This document shows, piece by piece, positions 47,517 to 58,580 of a stretch of DNA of 64,000 nt (its first letter is position 1; each line of letters starts with the position of its first letter). The stretch lies in assembly GCA_963674755.2 (NCBI GenBank), contig CAXXVS010000003.1, forward strand, positions 960,001 to 1,024,000. The letters are read 5' to 3'. The notes beneath the pieces were generated by a model, which saw only the letters and a list, made by a program, of their open reading frames with translations, made no database searches and was not told the DNA's origin. A program made the translations under genes and the position numbers. The stretch is from Desulfobacterales bacterium (GTDB taxonomy: Bacteria; Desulfobacterota; Desulfobacteria; Desulfobacterales; UBA5852).

Positions 47517-48353
47517 ATGTATACGGATTTAAAAGGGAAAACCGCTCTGGTAACCGGTGCCGGCAAAAAATCCGGTATCGGCTTTGGGATCGCCGAGAAT
47601 TTGGCGGCCAACGGATGCAACGTGGTCGTGACCGACTTGGGAACCGAGGGACGGGACGGTGGCGTGGTGGCGGCCGGTTCTGCGCAGGGACTGGAGGCAA
47701 TTGCCGAAGAACTGCGCCAGCGATTCGATGTCGATGCCATGGCGGTGTGCGTGGATGTGACATCCAATTCGTCGTTGCAGAAAATGGTGGCGGCGGTATC
47801 GGCCCAATTTCCCCACATTGATATCCTGTGTAACAATGCGGGCGCTGTTTTCGGTGTGCCCAATGCCGTCCACACCTATGATGAGACGGCTTGGCTGAAG
47901 ACGATCGATGTCAACCTGCACAGCGTTTTCCGGGTGACCCGGGCGGTTCTTCCGCTCATGTTCGGGAAACCGGCCGCCATCATCAATACGGCCTCCCGCG
48001 GTGGCAAGGTGCCCCCCTTGTTCAACGGCGCCTATGCCGTTGCCAAAGCCGGTGTCATCATGCTCACCAAGGTGATGGCTAAAGAACTGGCCGGCGCGGG
48101 TTTTCGGGTCAACGCCATTTGTCCCGGCCAGATCCATACCGACCTGGAAGACTGGCGGGCCCCGCTGGAGGCGGAATTCACGGGCCAGACGGTGGAAGAG
48201 CGCAACGAGGCCATGCGCAAGACCATCCCTCTCAACCGCGTGGGCACTCCTGATGAAGTCGGGCGGGTTGTCGCTTTCCTCGCCTCGGAAGCCGCCGCCT
48301 ATATCACCGGTCAGGCATTCAATGTGACCGGTGGTCAATTAATGGAGCTATAG
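47517..48353 (+). CDS. Short-chain dehydrogenase/reductase
   Basis: TGAGKKSGIG, NNAG, YAVAK catalytic motif and VNAICPG; GGAGG RBS before ATG 47517. Confidence 0.93.
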   Translation: MYTDLKGKTALVTGAGKKSGIGFGIAENLAANGCNVVVTDLGTEGRDGGVVAAGSAQGLEAIAEELRQRFDVDAMAVCVDVTSNSSLQKMVAAVSAQFPHIDILCNNAGAVFGVPNAVHTYDETAWLKTIDVNLHSVFRVTRAVLPLMFGKPAAIINTASRGGKVPPLFNGAYAVAKAGVIMLTKVMAKELAGAGFRVNAICPGQIHTDLEDWRAPLEAEFTGQTVEERNEAMRKTIPLNRVGTPDEVGRVVAFLASEAAAYITGQAFNVTGGQLMEL

Positions 48354-48421
48354 CGCGATGACCATGGGATTATAGGATCCCCTGATTTTGCAGAATTGCG
48401 ACAATTAACAAGGAGCTGAAT

Positions 48422-50125
48422 ATGACAACCGATACGGTAGCAGGTGCTAAATTAGTGGCGGAGGCCCTAGCGGCACGCGGCGTAGAAAAAATTTTTACCC
48501 TGAGCGGCGGCCATATCACGCCGATTTACCAATATCTTGAAGATACGGCCATAACCCTATTTGATACCCGCCACGAACAGGCCGCGCTTTTTATGGCCGA
48601 GGCCTGGGGCAAAATGACGCGCCAGCCGGGGGTCGCCATGGTCACGGCTGGTCCGGGCTTTACCAACGCCCTGACAGGGGTGGCCAGCGCCTATTTTTCC
48701 AATACGCCTTTGGTCATCATTGCCGGCTGCGTGGGGCTGGACCACAAAGAAAAGCTTGATTTGCAGGATATGGCCCAGGCTCCCGTGATTGATCCTATGG
48801 TCAAACGGTCTTTTGTCTGCCAGAAACCCGAACGGGCGGCGGAATACGTGGACATGGCTTTTCGGACCGCCACCAGCGGCCGTCCGGGGCCGGTTTATCT
48901 GGAATTTCCGGTTGATGTCCTTAACGCCCAAGTCAACCCGGCCGGCATTCGAAAACCGGTAACCGAAACGGATTCACGCCCCGCCGATGCGCTAAATGCC
49001 CGCAAGATGATGGACTGGTTGGCGGAAGCCCGCAAGCCGGTGATCATTGCCGGCAGCGGGGTGTGGCATGCCCATGCCGAAGACGTCCTGGTGGAATTCG
49101 CCGAAAAGGCAGGCGTGCCGGTTTTTACATCCTTATCCGGCCGCGGAACCATTTCGGACACGCACCCCCTTTGTTTTGAATCAGCCCTCGCCATCCGGCC
49201 CGGAGCCGCCTTTGCGGCCTATATCGAAACCGACTTGGTGATCCTGCTGGGAACCCGGATCGGTCTTTATTACATTTTCGGAGATGTCTTCAACCCTGAA
49301 GCGCGCATGGTGCAGGTGGACATCATGCCCGAAGAGATCGGCCGCAATCGCAGCATTGATCTGCCCATCGTCAGCGATGCCCGGGCCTTTCTCGATACCT
49401 GTGTTCGGCTGATGGACGAAACCGACGGCGGCCGTGGTTTGCAGGCGCAGTTCCAGGGCTGGATCACAACCCTCAATGCGGCCGATGAAACCGGCAAGGC
49501 TCAGGCCCGCCCCAACTGGGAAAGCGACGCCGCCCCTATCCATCCGCTTCGGCTGGCCCGGGAAATCGATGCCTTCATGGATCGCGACGACGATATCGTC
49601 GTGGCTGACGGCGGGGACACCACCACCTGGATCGGCATGACCCGCACGATTCGCAAACCCGGACACTATCTCGACTATGGGATTTACGGTTCCTTGGGTG
49701 TGGGGCTGCCCTATGCCCTGGCGGCGAAATTGCGGTATCCTGATCAGCGGGTCTGCCTGTTGACCGGTGACGGGTCGGTGGGGTTCAATTTTATGGAATT
49801 CGAAAATACGATCCGCAAGGGCCTGCCCCTGGTCGTGGTGATCAGCAACGACCTGGGCTGGGGCATGATCCGCCATAGCCAAGAGCTGCGTATCGGTCAT
49901 GCTATCGAAGAGGGCACCTATATCGGACAGGTGGCGTATCATAAGCTGGTCGAAGCCATCGGAGGGCTGGGCTTCCTTGTTGAGAAGACCGAAGACATCC
50001 GCCCGGCGCTGGAAGCCGCCTTTGCTTCCGGGAAGACATGTTGTATCAACGTCATGACGGATCCGACCACGGTCAGCCCGGGCAGCATCGCCCTGGCCAA
50101 CTTGGGCGGGTACAAGGCCACCTGA
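48422..50125 (+). CDS. Thiamine-diphosphate-dependent enzyme (benzaldehyde lyase/2-hydroxyacyl-CoA lyase/ALS-like)
   Basis: LSGGHI, RHEQAA.FMA and GDGSVGF...N ThDP-binding motif. Confidence 0.9.
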   Translation: MTTDTVAGAKLVAEALAARGVEKIFTLSGGHITPIYQYLEDTAITLFDTRHEQAALFMAEAWGKMTRQPGVAMVTAGPGFTNALTGVASAYFSNTPLVIIAGCVGLDHKEKLDLQDMAQAPVIDPMVKRSFVCQKPERAAEYVDMAFRTATSGRPGPVYLEFPVDVLNAQVNPAGIRKPVTETDSRPADALNARKMMDWLAEARKPVIIAGSGVWHAHAEDVLVEFAEKAGVPVFTSLSGRGTISDTHPLCFESALAIRPGAAFAAYIETDLVILLGTRIGLYYIFGDVFNPEARMVQVDIMPEEIGRNRSIDLPIVSDARAFLDTCVRLMDETDGGRGLQAQFQGWITTLNAADETGKAQARPNWESDAAPIHPLRLAREIDAFMDRDDDIVVADGGDTTTWIGMTRTIRKPGHYLDYGIYGSLGVGLPYALAAKLRYPDQRVCLLTGDGSVGFNFMEFENTIRKGLPLVVVISNDLGWGMIRHSQELRIGHAIEEGTYIGQVAYHKLVEAIGGLGFLVEKTEDIRPALEAAFASGKTCCINVMTDPTTVSPGSIALANLGGYKAT

Positions 50126-50180
50126 CAAGGAATAACGGCATCCCGCCCCTGTGCGGGATGCGCCAACCGGGAGACGCCCT

Positions 50181-51122
50181 ATGGATATCGCTGCCATCGA
50201 CCAGGTGAGACTCAACTTCAACCCTCAAGGGCTGTTGGTGATTAACGCCGCCATAGGATTGATGATGTTCGGCGTGGCACTGGATTTAAAAATAGAGGAC
50301 TTCAAGCGGGTCATCATATCGCCTAAAGCGCCCGGCATCGGACTGGTGGCACAGTTCATTTTGCTGCCGGCTTTTACGTTTCTGCTGACCTTGATTATCA
50401 GGCCCTATCCGTCCATGGCCCTTGGCATGATCCTGGTGGCGGCCTGCCCGGGCGGCAACCTGTCCAACATCATCACCTATCTGGCCAAAGGCAACTGTGC
50501 GGTTTCCATCAGTATGACGGCGGTCTCCTCGGCGGCGGCCATCTTTATGACGCCCTTTAACTTAGCTTTGTGGGGACGCTTGAACCCGGCGACCGACGAG
50601 ATTTTGCGGCAGGTGAGCCTGAGCCCCCAAGATGTTTTTATTACGATTTTTTTGATTTTAGGCATTCCCCTGGCAGCGGGGCTTCTGGTTTCACGAATGG
50701 TACCGTCCCTGGCGGATAAGGTGCGTAAACCCTTCAAGATCTTCAGTCTGTGTTTCTTTCTCCTGATCGTCTGCGGTGCCCTGGCCGCCAATTGGAAATA
50801 TTTCCTGACTTATGTCGGCCTGGTCGTTTTTGCCGTATTTATTCATAACCTCCTGGCATTGAATATCGGCTATTGGTCCGGTAGGATCTTCGGCTTGACG
50901 GAACGTGACTGCCGGGCGGTCTGCATCGAGGTGGGAATCCAAAATTCCGCCCTGGGTCTGGTGCTGGTCTTCAATTTTTTTGACGGCTTGGGGGGCATGG
51001 CCATTCTGGTGGCGTGGTGGGGAATCTGGCACATCATTGCCGGCCTGTCGGCAGCGTTTTTGTTTTCCCGGCGGCGGCTGCCCGGGGATGAACTCGCCAT
51101 GAACAGCTGTGACCGTGTCTGA
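50181..51122 (+). CDS. Bile acid:sodium symporter (BASS) family transporter
   Basis: MFGVAL, Q...LP, CPGGN.SN and EVGIQNS.LG. Confidence 0.92.
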   Translation: MDIAAIDQVRLNFNPQGLLVINAAIGLMMFGVALDLKIEDFKRVIISPKAPGIGLVAQFILLPAFTFLLTLIIRPYPSMALGMILVAACPGGNLSNIITYLAKGNCAVSISMTAVSSAAAIFMTPFNLALWGRLNPATDEILRQVSLSPQDVFITIFLILGIPLAAGLLVSRMVPSLADKVRKPFKIFSLCFFLLIVCGALAANWKYFLTYVGLVVFAVFIHNLLALNIGYWSGRIFGLTERDCRAVCIEVGIQNSALGLVLVFNFFDGLGGMAILVAWWGIWHIIAGLSAAFLFSRRRLPGDELAMNSCDRV

Positions 51123-52197
51123 AACCCTCAAGCCCGGAAGGGGAGCGGTGGATAACGTGCGCATTCCGGAAACCATGCAAGCGGTTATTGTGCGAGGCCA
51201 TGAGCTGGAACTGGCCACCCTGCCGCTGCCCGTCATCGAACCGGACGGGGTCCTCCTGGAAGTGCTCCAGGTGGGTTTTTGTGGATCGGATCATTCCCTC
51301 ATTAAGTCCGGCGGATTACAGGAAGGCACCATCCTGGGGCATGAAGTGTGCGGCCGGGTGGTGGCCTGCGGGGCCGAAGTCGACGGTGTCGCTTTAGGCA
51401 CGCGAGTCATCGTGCGGCCGACATCCTGCGGCCGTTGCCGCGACTGCCGGGCCGGACGCCCCTATTTTTGCCAATCCGGTCGACGCTCCATCGGCATCGG
51501 CGACATGCCCGGGGCCTTTGCCGAGTACCTCAAGGTGTATCCGGGGATGCTCATCCCGGTGCCGGATGCGGTAGACACGCGGAATGCCGCCCTGGCCGAA
51601 GCCTATGCCGCAGCGCTGCACGGCATCAATTGCGTTCATGCCACCGAAGGTCCGGCCCTCGTGATGGGGGGCGGCCCCATCGGTCTGGCCGCAGTGTCTC
51701 TGCTGCGTGTTATGGGCGTTTCGCCGATTATCCTTTCCGAACCGGTGGATGCCAAACGCCGCCTGGCGCTGGAACTGGGCGCCGACCACGTTCTGAATCC
51801 CTTCCATGATGATATGGCGCTCCGTGTCTTCGAAATCACGGCCGGGGTTGGGTTTCCGGTGGTGTTCGAATGTTCCGGGGTAACCGACAATGTGCAGAAG
51901 GCCCTGGATTGGGTGGCCCGTGGCGGTGAGATCTGTGTGGTCAGCATGATGTTTGCGCCCACCACCATCGTTCCCATGGCCCTCAACTTCAAAGAGGCCC
52001 GGTTGACCGGTTGCTACAGCAACACCCATGAGGAAAACCGGCGCTGCCTGGAATGGATGGCCGCGGGCCGGCTGGATGGAAAGGCGCTGGTAACGGATAC
52101 GGTTTCCTTAGCTCAACTCCCCACCGTCTACCGGGAACGCATCGATACCGGGCAGGCCATCAAGGTTATTGTGGAGGTCAGCGCCGGCAAGGCGTAA
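51109..52197 (+). CDS. Zinc-dependent (MDR) alcohol/diol dehydrogenase
   Basis: CGSD, GHE..G, C..C..C.......C and GGGPIG; true start may be 51157 or 51175. Confidence 0.9.
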   Translation: MTVSETLKPGRGAVDNVRIPETMQAVIVRGHELELATLPLPVIEPDGVLLEVLQVGFCGSDHSLIKSGGLQEGTILGHEVCGRVVACGAEVDGVALGTRVIVRPTSCGRCRDCRAGRPYFCQSGRRSIGIGDMPGAFAEYLKVYPGMLIPVPDAVDTRNAALAEAYAAALHGINCVHATEGPALVMGGGPIGLAAVSLLRVMGVSPIILSEPVDAKRRLALELGADHVLNPFHDDMALRVFEITAGVGFPVVFECSGVTDNVQKALDWVARGGEICVVSMMFAPTTIVPMALNFKEARLTGCYSNTHEENRRCLEWMAAGRLDGKALVTDTVSLAQLPTVYRERIDTGQAIKVIVEVSAGKA

Positions 52198-52221
52198 GGG
52201 CCGATCCAGACAGGTGAACCG

Positions 52222-52914
52222 ATGGGTATTCAACAACGGCGGAGGCGTGAAAAGGAACAGCGGCGGCAGCAGATTCTAAATGCTGCCCGGGGCCTGCTTT
52301 TCAAAAAGGGGCTGAATGCCATTTCCGTCAATCAAATCGCGCGTCAGGCCGAACTGGCCGTGGGCACGATCTATTTTTACTTTCGCAGCAAGGAAGAGAT
52401 CTTTGCCGTTCTGCAGGAAGAGGGGTTGGAGCTGCTCTTGAAGGATGTGCGCCGTGCTTTGGAAAGCGGCAGCGATGCCCGGCAAAGCCTGCATAATATC
52501 GCCCAAGCCTATCTCAATTTCAGCCGGGATCAGAAAAGTTATTTCGATGTGATCAACTACTTCCTCTCCGCCGGAGACGTCATCTTTACACCGGAAATCA
52601 AGCAGCAGATCGATCAGCACGGCAATCGGATTCTATTGGTTGTCGAGCAAGCCCTGAGGGCGGGAGTCGAACAGGGGCGGTTCCGCGCCATGAACATCCG
52701 CCGCAACGCCCTGCTCTTCTGGGTGATTCTACACGGACTGATCCCCTTCCGGAAGATGACGGACACGCTTCTGGCCGACGACAGTCTCACGGATCTCTAT
52801 GGGTTTGCAGTGGACAATTTTATCAACGGTTTGTCGCGGACCAGCGCCGCGGAAGACCACGGGCCACCATTTCCCAACGGCCAGAACCCACCTGAGCCTG
52901 CCGTCAACCCGTAA
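52222..52914 (+). CDS. TetR/AcrR family regulator
   Basis: ILNAA..L....G....SV.QIA.QAELAVGTIYFYF.SKEEI. Confidence 0.92.
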   Translation: MGIQQRRRREKEQRRQQILNAARGLLFKKGLNAISVNQIARQAELAVGTIYFYFRSKEEIFAVLQEEGLELLLKDVRRALESGSDARQSLHNIAQAYLNFSRDQKSYFDVINYFLSAGDVIFTPEIKQQIDQHGNRILLVVEQALRAGVEQGRFRAMNIRRNALLFWVILHGLIPFRKMTDTLLADDSLTDLYGFAVDNFINGLSRTSAAEDHGPPFPNGQNPPEPAVNP

Positions 52915-53270
52915 AGCCGAAAATCCCAAGCGTCTCGGCCGGGGTAACGGCGGGCAGATTGGCGCCCTCGATACCCTATCGATCTTCGGGGGAGGCGGTC
53001 AATCTTTTATGGGCGCCAGAAGCTGGCGCTGCCAACTGCTATATGGCCCTATGGCCCTGGAACCTGATTGGCAGTTGACATAAGATCGTACGACGCATAA
53101 TAAAGATGGGCTAAGCGTCGCCAATCCAATGCCGGATGTTGGCAACTTTTTTCATGGGCCAGCAATTAATATTGGCGAAATATAGCATCAATCCGGCACG
53201 TTATTGTCCTGCTGTATTCTCTACCTGATGGACGATTCCATTTGTAACTAATTACCACTGGAGGTTGAAA

Positions 53271-53744
53271 ATGGCAGCTGTCAACAAAGTCATCCTGGTC
53301 GGTCACTTGGGGCGCGATCCTGAAGTTCGTTATACACCGGACGGCAGAGCCATTTGCAACTTCACCATGGCCACCACGGACACCTGGAAGGACAAGAACT
53401 CGGGTGAAAAGCGGGAGCGCACGGAATGGCACCGCATCGTGGTGTTCGGCCGCCTGGCCGAAATCTGCGGCGAATACCTCGCCAAGGGGCGCCAGGTTTA
53501 TGTGGAGGGGCGGTTGCAGACCCGCAAATGGCAAGGACAGGACGGCCAGGATCGTTGGACCACGGAAGTGGTGATCGATCAGCGCGGCACCATGCAGATG
53601 CTGGGGAGCCGGGAAGGCGGCGGCGGTGCGCCGGCCGGTGGCGGACGTTACCCCCAGGGCCAGGGAGGCGGCGGTGGTGCTCAAGGCGGCGACTACAGCG
53701 GTCCGCCCGCTTATCCTGATACCGACGACGACATTCCCTTCTGA
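53271..53744 (+). CDS. ssb: Single-stranded DNA-binding protein
   Basis: [20 protein letters not shown], Gly-rich linker and C-terminal DDDIPF. Confidence 0.98.
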   Translation: MAAVNKVILVGHLGRDPEVRYTPDGRAICNFTMATTDTWKDKNSGEKRERTEWHRIVVFGRLAEICGEYLAKGRQVYVEGRLQTRKWQGQDGQDRWTTEVVIDQRGTMQMLGSREGGGGAPAGGGRYPQGQGGGGGAQGGDYSGPPAYPDTDDDIPF

Positions 53745-53949
53745 ATCGATTTTCCCGGGACAGGGGGCGACGGCATGGCGGCTCGTTTCCTATGCGATTG
53801 ATGTCTTAGGGAGATCAAGACCTGTTCCATTCATCAGGTCTGATATTCATATCGCCCCGGAAGCGGCTTTTTCCATATGGGGCCGTGTCCGTTGCTTTTT
53901 TTACTGTTATACAGGATACCCTATAGCCAGAGGGCCTTCCAACAACAAA

Positions 53950-53969
53950 CCCCGGCCCATGGGCCGGGG
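53950..53969. terminator. Stem-loop between convergent ssb and tatA
   Basis: CCCCGGCCC-AT-GGGCCGGGG with TTTGTTGTT following on the minus strand. Confidence 0.55.
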
Positions 53970-54013
53970 GTCGGGTTTATGCGGGATGCGAGTGGCCGCA
54001 GGCGGGGGGAGGG

Positions 54014-54208
54014 CTATTCGGGTTTGTCGTCCTTGCTGCCGTTTTCGATTTTTTCGGTCTCTTTCTTATCGTCGTCGGCGGTGGCCGTTTTGAAACTCTT
54101 GATGGCTTTGCCCATTCCGGCGCCGATTTCCGGCAGTTTCCCCGCGCCGAAGATAATCAGGATTATCACGAGAATGATAATTAATTCAGGCATTCCGATT
54201 CCGAACAT
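54014..54208 (-). CDS. tatA: Twin-arginine translocase TatA/E
   Basis: [36 protein letters not shown]. Confidence 0.95.
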   Translation of the reverse strand: MFGIGMPELIIILVIILIIFGAGKLPEIGAGMGKAIKSFKTATADDDKKETEKIENGSKDDKPE

Positions 54209-54219
54209 ACTTCCTCCTC

Positions 54220-54633
54220 TCACTCAGACGAGATATCTTTAACTTCCTGCAACAGGCGGGCGAATTCCTTCGAACGGGCATGGCGGTCCAAGGCGGCCCG
54301 ATGGTTGATCCATGTTGACCAGGTTTCCAGCCAGGCCTCGTTGCGCCAGTAGCAATCCGGATCTCCGCGTCCCTTCAGGTGTTCAATGTAATCGATAAAC
54401 TCTTCCTTACAGTCGTCACAAAACTGGTAAGGGACCCGATAATCATGTGCTTGGCCGCATCCCTGACCGCAGCATGCGCCAACGAGAGGGATGCCGCATT
54501 TTTCACATGCTGTGGCGCGACAGGAGCGCTTAACGAGATTCTCGACTGCCCGTAGTTTGCGTCGGCTGAGGATCGCCTCTTTTTCCAACTGGGCGCGGTC
54601 GCGCTTGTCACATATGGAAATGATATCGGCCAC
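54220..54633 (-). CDS. Cys-rich hypothetical protein upstream of tatA
   Basis: C....CEKCG and FCDDC clusters; 11-nt gap to tatA; GTG start assumed. Confidence 0.65.
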   Translation of the reverse strand: MADIISICDKRDRAQLEKEAILSRRKLRAVENLVKRSCRATACEKCGIPLVGACCGQGCGQAHDYRVPYQFCDDCKEEFIDYIEHLKGRGDPDCYWRNEAWLETWSTWINHRAALDRHARSKEFARLLQEVKDISSE

Positions 54634-54861
54634 AGAAACCCCGGTAGGATTAACCACGCTTTAAAACTGGAAATTTATAGCACCACGCCCAATGATATGT
54701 CAATCGGGAATGGCGCCGCGTCAGGGGCATTCCCCAATGGATGCGTGGTGCGGCTTGTCAATCCCAGGCGACCATGATACCGTCCCCAACTCAGTGCGAT
54801 CAATCTCCGGACGGGCGATCAGGCCATATCGTCCGGGGCTTTTGACATCAGGAGAGACCCC

Positions 54862-55932
54862 ATGACATCCTTTACCCCCGACTGCCTTCCGATCCTCATC
54901 GGCAGCCTTCCGGTGGCCGATCATCAGGCCGCCGCCGACATGGTCCTGCAGGCCACACCCCGGATCCCCGTCTGGGCCCAGCTGCCGGTGCATCCCGGCG
55001 AAGGCATGGTGCCCCAGTTCGCGCCGGGAATGCCTGGCTTGTGTGTGGAAGGGGAGCGGCTCTATGTGGATCTTGACGGGGATGATTTCGAAAACGAGTT
55101 GGCGGCCTTTTATGAAGACTATCTGGCCGTAACCGGCAATGAGCTCCCCCTGGAAACATCCCGTTTTGCCCTGGGGGAGAACGTCGCCGGTGGCTTTTAC
55201 GTGCTGCGGGACCGGTTGCAGGCGGTGAACCCGGTGCCTGCGGCTGTCAAAGGGCAGGTCACCGGCCCCATCACCTTCGGCCTGGGGCTCAAGGACCAAC
55301 GGGGGCGTGCTATTTACTACGATCCCAACGTGCGGGATGCGGCCGTCAAGCTCCTGGCCTTGAAAGCCGCCTACCAGGTACGCACTTTTAAGAAAAACGG
55401 CTGTCCGGTGATCGTCTTTCAAGACGAGCCGGCCCTGGCGGGCTACGGCTCTTCCGAGCTGATCAGCATCTCGGGGGATGAAATCGCGGCCAGTCTGGAG
55501 GAAATCAACGAGGCCATCCATGCCGAAAAGGGCCTGGCGGGCATCCATGTCTGCGCTAATACGGACTGGGGGCTGATCCTGGCCACGGGCATCGATATTG
55601 TCAACTTCGACACCTTCTCCTATTTCGACCGCTTTTTGCTTTACGGCGACCAGATCAAACGCTTTATCGGCCGAGGCGGCATCATCGCCTGGGGTCTGGT
55701 GCCCACCGGTTCCCCCGAAGCCCTCGAAGCCGCCACGACGGCCTCCCTGGTGCAGCAGTGGGAAGACCAATGCCGTGCCCTGGTGGGCCTGGGGATCGAC
55801 CCGGCGCAACTGCGTGCCCAATCGCTGATCAGCCCCAGTTGCGGAGTCGGATCCCTAAGCCTGGCCCAAGCCCAGAAAGTACTGGCGCTCACCCGGGATG
55901 TGTCCGCCCAGGTGCGGGGACGCACCACCTGA
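54862..55932 (+). CDS. Core (single-barrel, MetE C-terminal-like) methionine synthase
   Basis: IGSLP, W.QLP, KGQVTGPIT, DEP.L, Zn ligands HVC and SPSCG; 356 aa. Confidence 0.75.
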   Translation: MTSFTPDCLPILIGSLPVADHQAAADMVLQATPRIPVWAQLPVHPGEGMVPQFAPGMPGLCVEGERLYVDLDGDDFENELAAFYEDYLAVTGNELPLETSRFALGENVAGGFYVLRDRLQAVNPVPAAVKGQVTGPITFGLGLKDQRGRAIYYDPNVRDAAVKLLALKAAYQVRTFKKNGCPVIVFQDEPALAGYGSSELISISGDEIAASLEEINEAIHAEKGLAGIHVCANTDWGLILATGIDIVNFDTFSYFDRFLLYGDQIKRFIGRGGIIAWGLVPTGSPEALEAATTASLVQQWEDQCRALVGLGIDPAQLRAQSLISPSCGVGSLSLAQAQKVLALTRDVSAQVRGRTT

Positions 55933-56008
55933 CCCACGCCATCCGGCCCAATAGACGTTTTTTGGACGGCAACTCCTAACCCGTAAGACCCCAATAAGAG
56001 GAATCACG

Positions 56009-56859
56009 ATGTCTGAATTACCGCCTGCCGCCTTCACCGGGGCCAGCCGCTACGTCCTGGACGAGGAGCTGGCCGCCATCGTCAATATCTCCATGGCCCT
56101 GGAAATGCCGCTGCTGCTCAAGGGCGAGCCCGGCACCGGCAAGACCATGCTGGCCCACGCCATTGCGGAAAATCTCGGCATGCCCCTGATCGTGCTGAAC
56201 GTCAAGTCGAGCATGAAGCTGGTGGAGGCCCTCTACCAGTACGACACCCTGACGCGTCTCAACGACAGCCGCTTCGGCGACTCGAAGCGCGACGTGAGCG
56301 ATATCGAGGCCTATATCAAGATGGGCAAGATCGGCCAGGCGTTTGTGGCCGAGACGCGCACGGTGCTTCTGATCGACGAGATCGACAAGGCCGACACGGA
56401 TTTCCAGGACGACATGCTGGATGTCTTAGACCAGATGGAGTTTGACATCATCGAGATCGACAAGACCATGCGCACCCGACACCGGCCCGTGATCATCATC
56501 ACCTCCAACGCTAAAAAAGATCTTTCCGATCCCTTTCTGGGGCGCTGCAACTTCCACCACATCGCCTTCCCGGACCCCAAGATGATGCGCAAGATCATCA
56601 CCGTCCATTTTCCCGACATCGACGACGCCCTGATGCAGGCCGCCGTGGACACCTTCTACCGCCTGCGTGAGTTGGAGGGCGTCGAAAAGCGGCCGGCCAC
56701 CCGGGAGCTGATCAACTGGATCCGGGCGCTTAGGGCGGATCCGGACTTCAAACCCAAGCAGCTCGCCCGGGGTGAGGCGCCTTTTCTGGGCGTGCTTTTC
56801 AAGAAAAGCCAGGACTACCAGCGGGCCACAGGTGTGGTAAACCGCCGTAAGCTCTTCTG

Positions 56860-56860
<1 letters not shown>
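56009..56860 (+). CDS. MoxR/CoxD-like AAA+ ATPase
   Basis: LLKGEPGTGKT, LIDEIDKAD and ITSN..K.L.DPFL.RC. Confidence 0.9.
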
Positions 56861-58053
<1,193 letters not shown>

Positions 58054-58168
58054 AACGCCCAAGATCGGCGTTGTGAGGCGTGCCTGGTGTAAAATTCAAG
58101 CCGCTGCCCTACACCCGCAGTCGAGACGATTCGTGGCGGCTTCTAAATTCCTGGTCGTTAAAATTGAT

Positions 58169-58192
58169 AAAGGCACGACGTATCGTGCCTTT
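58169..58192. terminator. Bidirectional terminator-like hairpin
   Basis: AAAGGCACGA-CGTA-TCGTGCCTTT between convergent genes. Confidence 0.55.
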
Positions 58193-58550
58193 ATAAGCTG
58201 ATCACGGCGGCGTCGCAGGACAGGTTGATCAGCTCGGCGGCGGTGCCCAGACGGGCGCCTTCAATCAGATCCTCGGCGTCGATGCGGCGGGCCTTGGCGC
58301 AGGGCGTGCAGACGGGGATCGGCACTTCGTGGGCCTGGAGATAGGCGATGAGGTCGTCAGCCACGTCGCCGGTGGCGGCCTTGAGGTTGTCCGCCAGTCC
58401 CCTGCGGCCCAAATACACCCCTTCATCCAACAGGAATACGGTGACGTTCTTGCCTTCCTTGTGGGCGACGGTGGCCAGGTGGAAGGCGCGGGCGGAACGG
58501 TTCGGGTTGTCCGTACCGCAGGACAAAGCGATGACGACGTTGTTGGTCAT
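58191..58550 (-). CDS. DsrE/DsrF-like protein
   Basis: V.VFL..EGV and C.PC...R motifs. Confidence 0.85.
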   Translation of the reverse strand: MTNNVVIALSCGTDNPNRSARAFHLATVAHKEGKNVTVFLLDEGVYLGRRGLADNLKAATGDVADDLIAYLQAHEVPIPVCTPCAKARRIDAEDLIEGARLGTAAELINLSCDAAVISL

Positions 58551-58580
58551 GATATCCTCTTTGGATTAGGATGCAGAGGG

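Noticed and set aside
48422..50125. Annotation as biosynthetic acetolactate synthase (ilvB)
   Set aside because: No regulatory subunit or ilv context; motifs are closer to lyase-type ThDP enzymes
53770..53850. Minus-strand CTGATGA...GAAAC suggesting a hammerhead ribozyme
   Set aside because: Stem II does not close next to the core and I found no valid stem III or cleavage triplet
54660..54861. SAM or cobalamin riboswitch ahead of the methionine synthase-like gene
   Set aside because: Hairpins are present but no S-box or B12-box consensus words
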